Positions 28,366 through 28,492 of a stretch of DNA of 28,492 nt are shown piece by piece. The DNA lies in NCBI GenBank assembly GCA_051382335.1, contig JBBCAX010000423.1, positions 1 to 28,492 on the forward strand, written 5' to 3'. How positions within the stretch are numbered: the first letter of the stretch is position 1; each line of letters begins with the position of its first letter. The position numbers and the translations under genes are program-made. The DNA comes from Deltaproteobacteria bacterium TL4. GTDB taxonomy: Bacteria > SAR324 > NAC60-12. The notes below the pieces were generated by a model that was given only the letters and a program-made list of their open reading frames with translations, made no database searches and was not told the origin of the DNA.

Positions 28366-28492
28366 CACGGCTTTCTCATAAAAAAAAGATTGTGTTTCAG
28401 AAGGATAGAAAGTTATCATAGGACTTCAACCCCAACCCTAAAGGAGTCTTATGACAGAAGAATCTCAATCTCCAGAAAAGGCATTAAAATTA
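28366..28492 (+). mobile_element. Probable IS left end and start of its ORF (MTEESQSPEKALKL..., ATG 28451)
   Basis: The DNRLRE frame loses similarity at CACGGCTTTCTCAT (28366). An AAGGAG RBS and an ORF in the opposite direction run off the window. Confidence 0.4.

Noticed and set aside
1..28492. CRISPR array, tRNA, rRNA or alternative genetic code
   Set aside because: No regularly spaced repeats or RNA-gene signatures seen. Intact genes end in TGA, and the internal TGAs occur in genes that also have frameshifts.

Overview
Bacterial chromosomal window, about 40% GC by eye; gene content is loosely Deltaproteobacteria/SAR324-like (impression only). From left to right: a decayed HTH transposase with its IS end; an archaeal-type argS; an Oat2-like argJ; an MMPL/RND transporter; a membrane diguanylate cyclase; a GC-rich orphan Imm5-like gene between miniature palindromic elements; a four-gene two-component operon (REC-kinase, cNMP-PAS hybrid kinase, receiver with a His-less HisKA-like tail, hypothetical); znuA-znuC without znuB; a second, inverted 63-bp copy of the IS end fused to a GTAG REP; an AraC regulator divergent from a 5'-deleted acyl-CoA ligase; GAF, START, DUF445 and TerB-like genes; a sigma54-promoter-led pair of outer-membrane beta-barrel and YD-repeat lipoprotein; and a terminal stretch of pseudogenes cut by a probable IS. 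The best novelty candidates are a multibranched RNA-like structure at about 22525-22709 and the barrel/YD-lipoprotein pair. Family assignments come from motif recognition; no searches were run.
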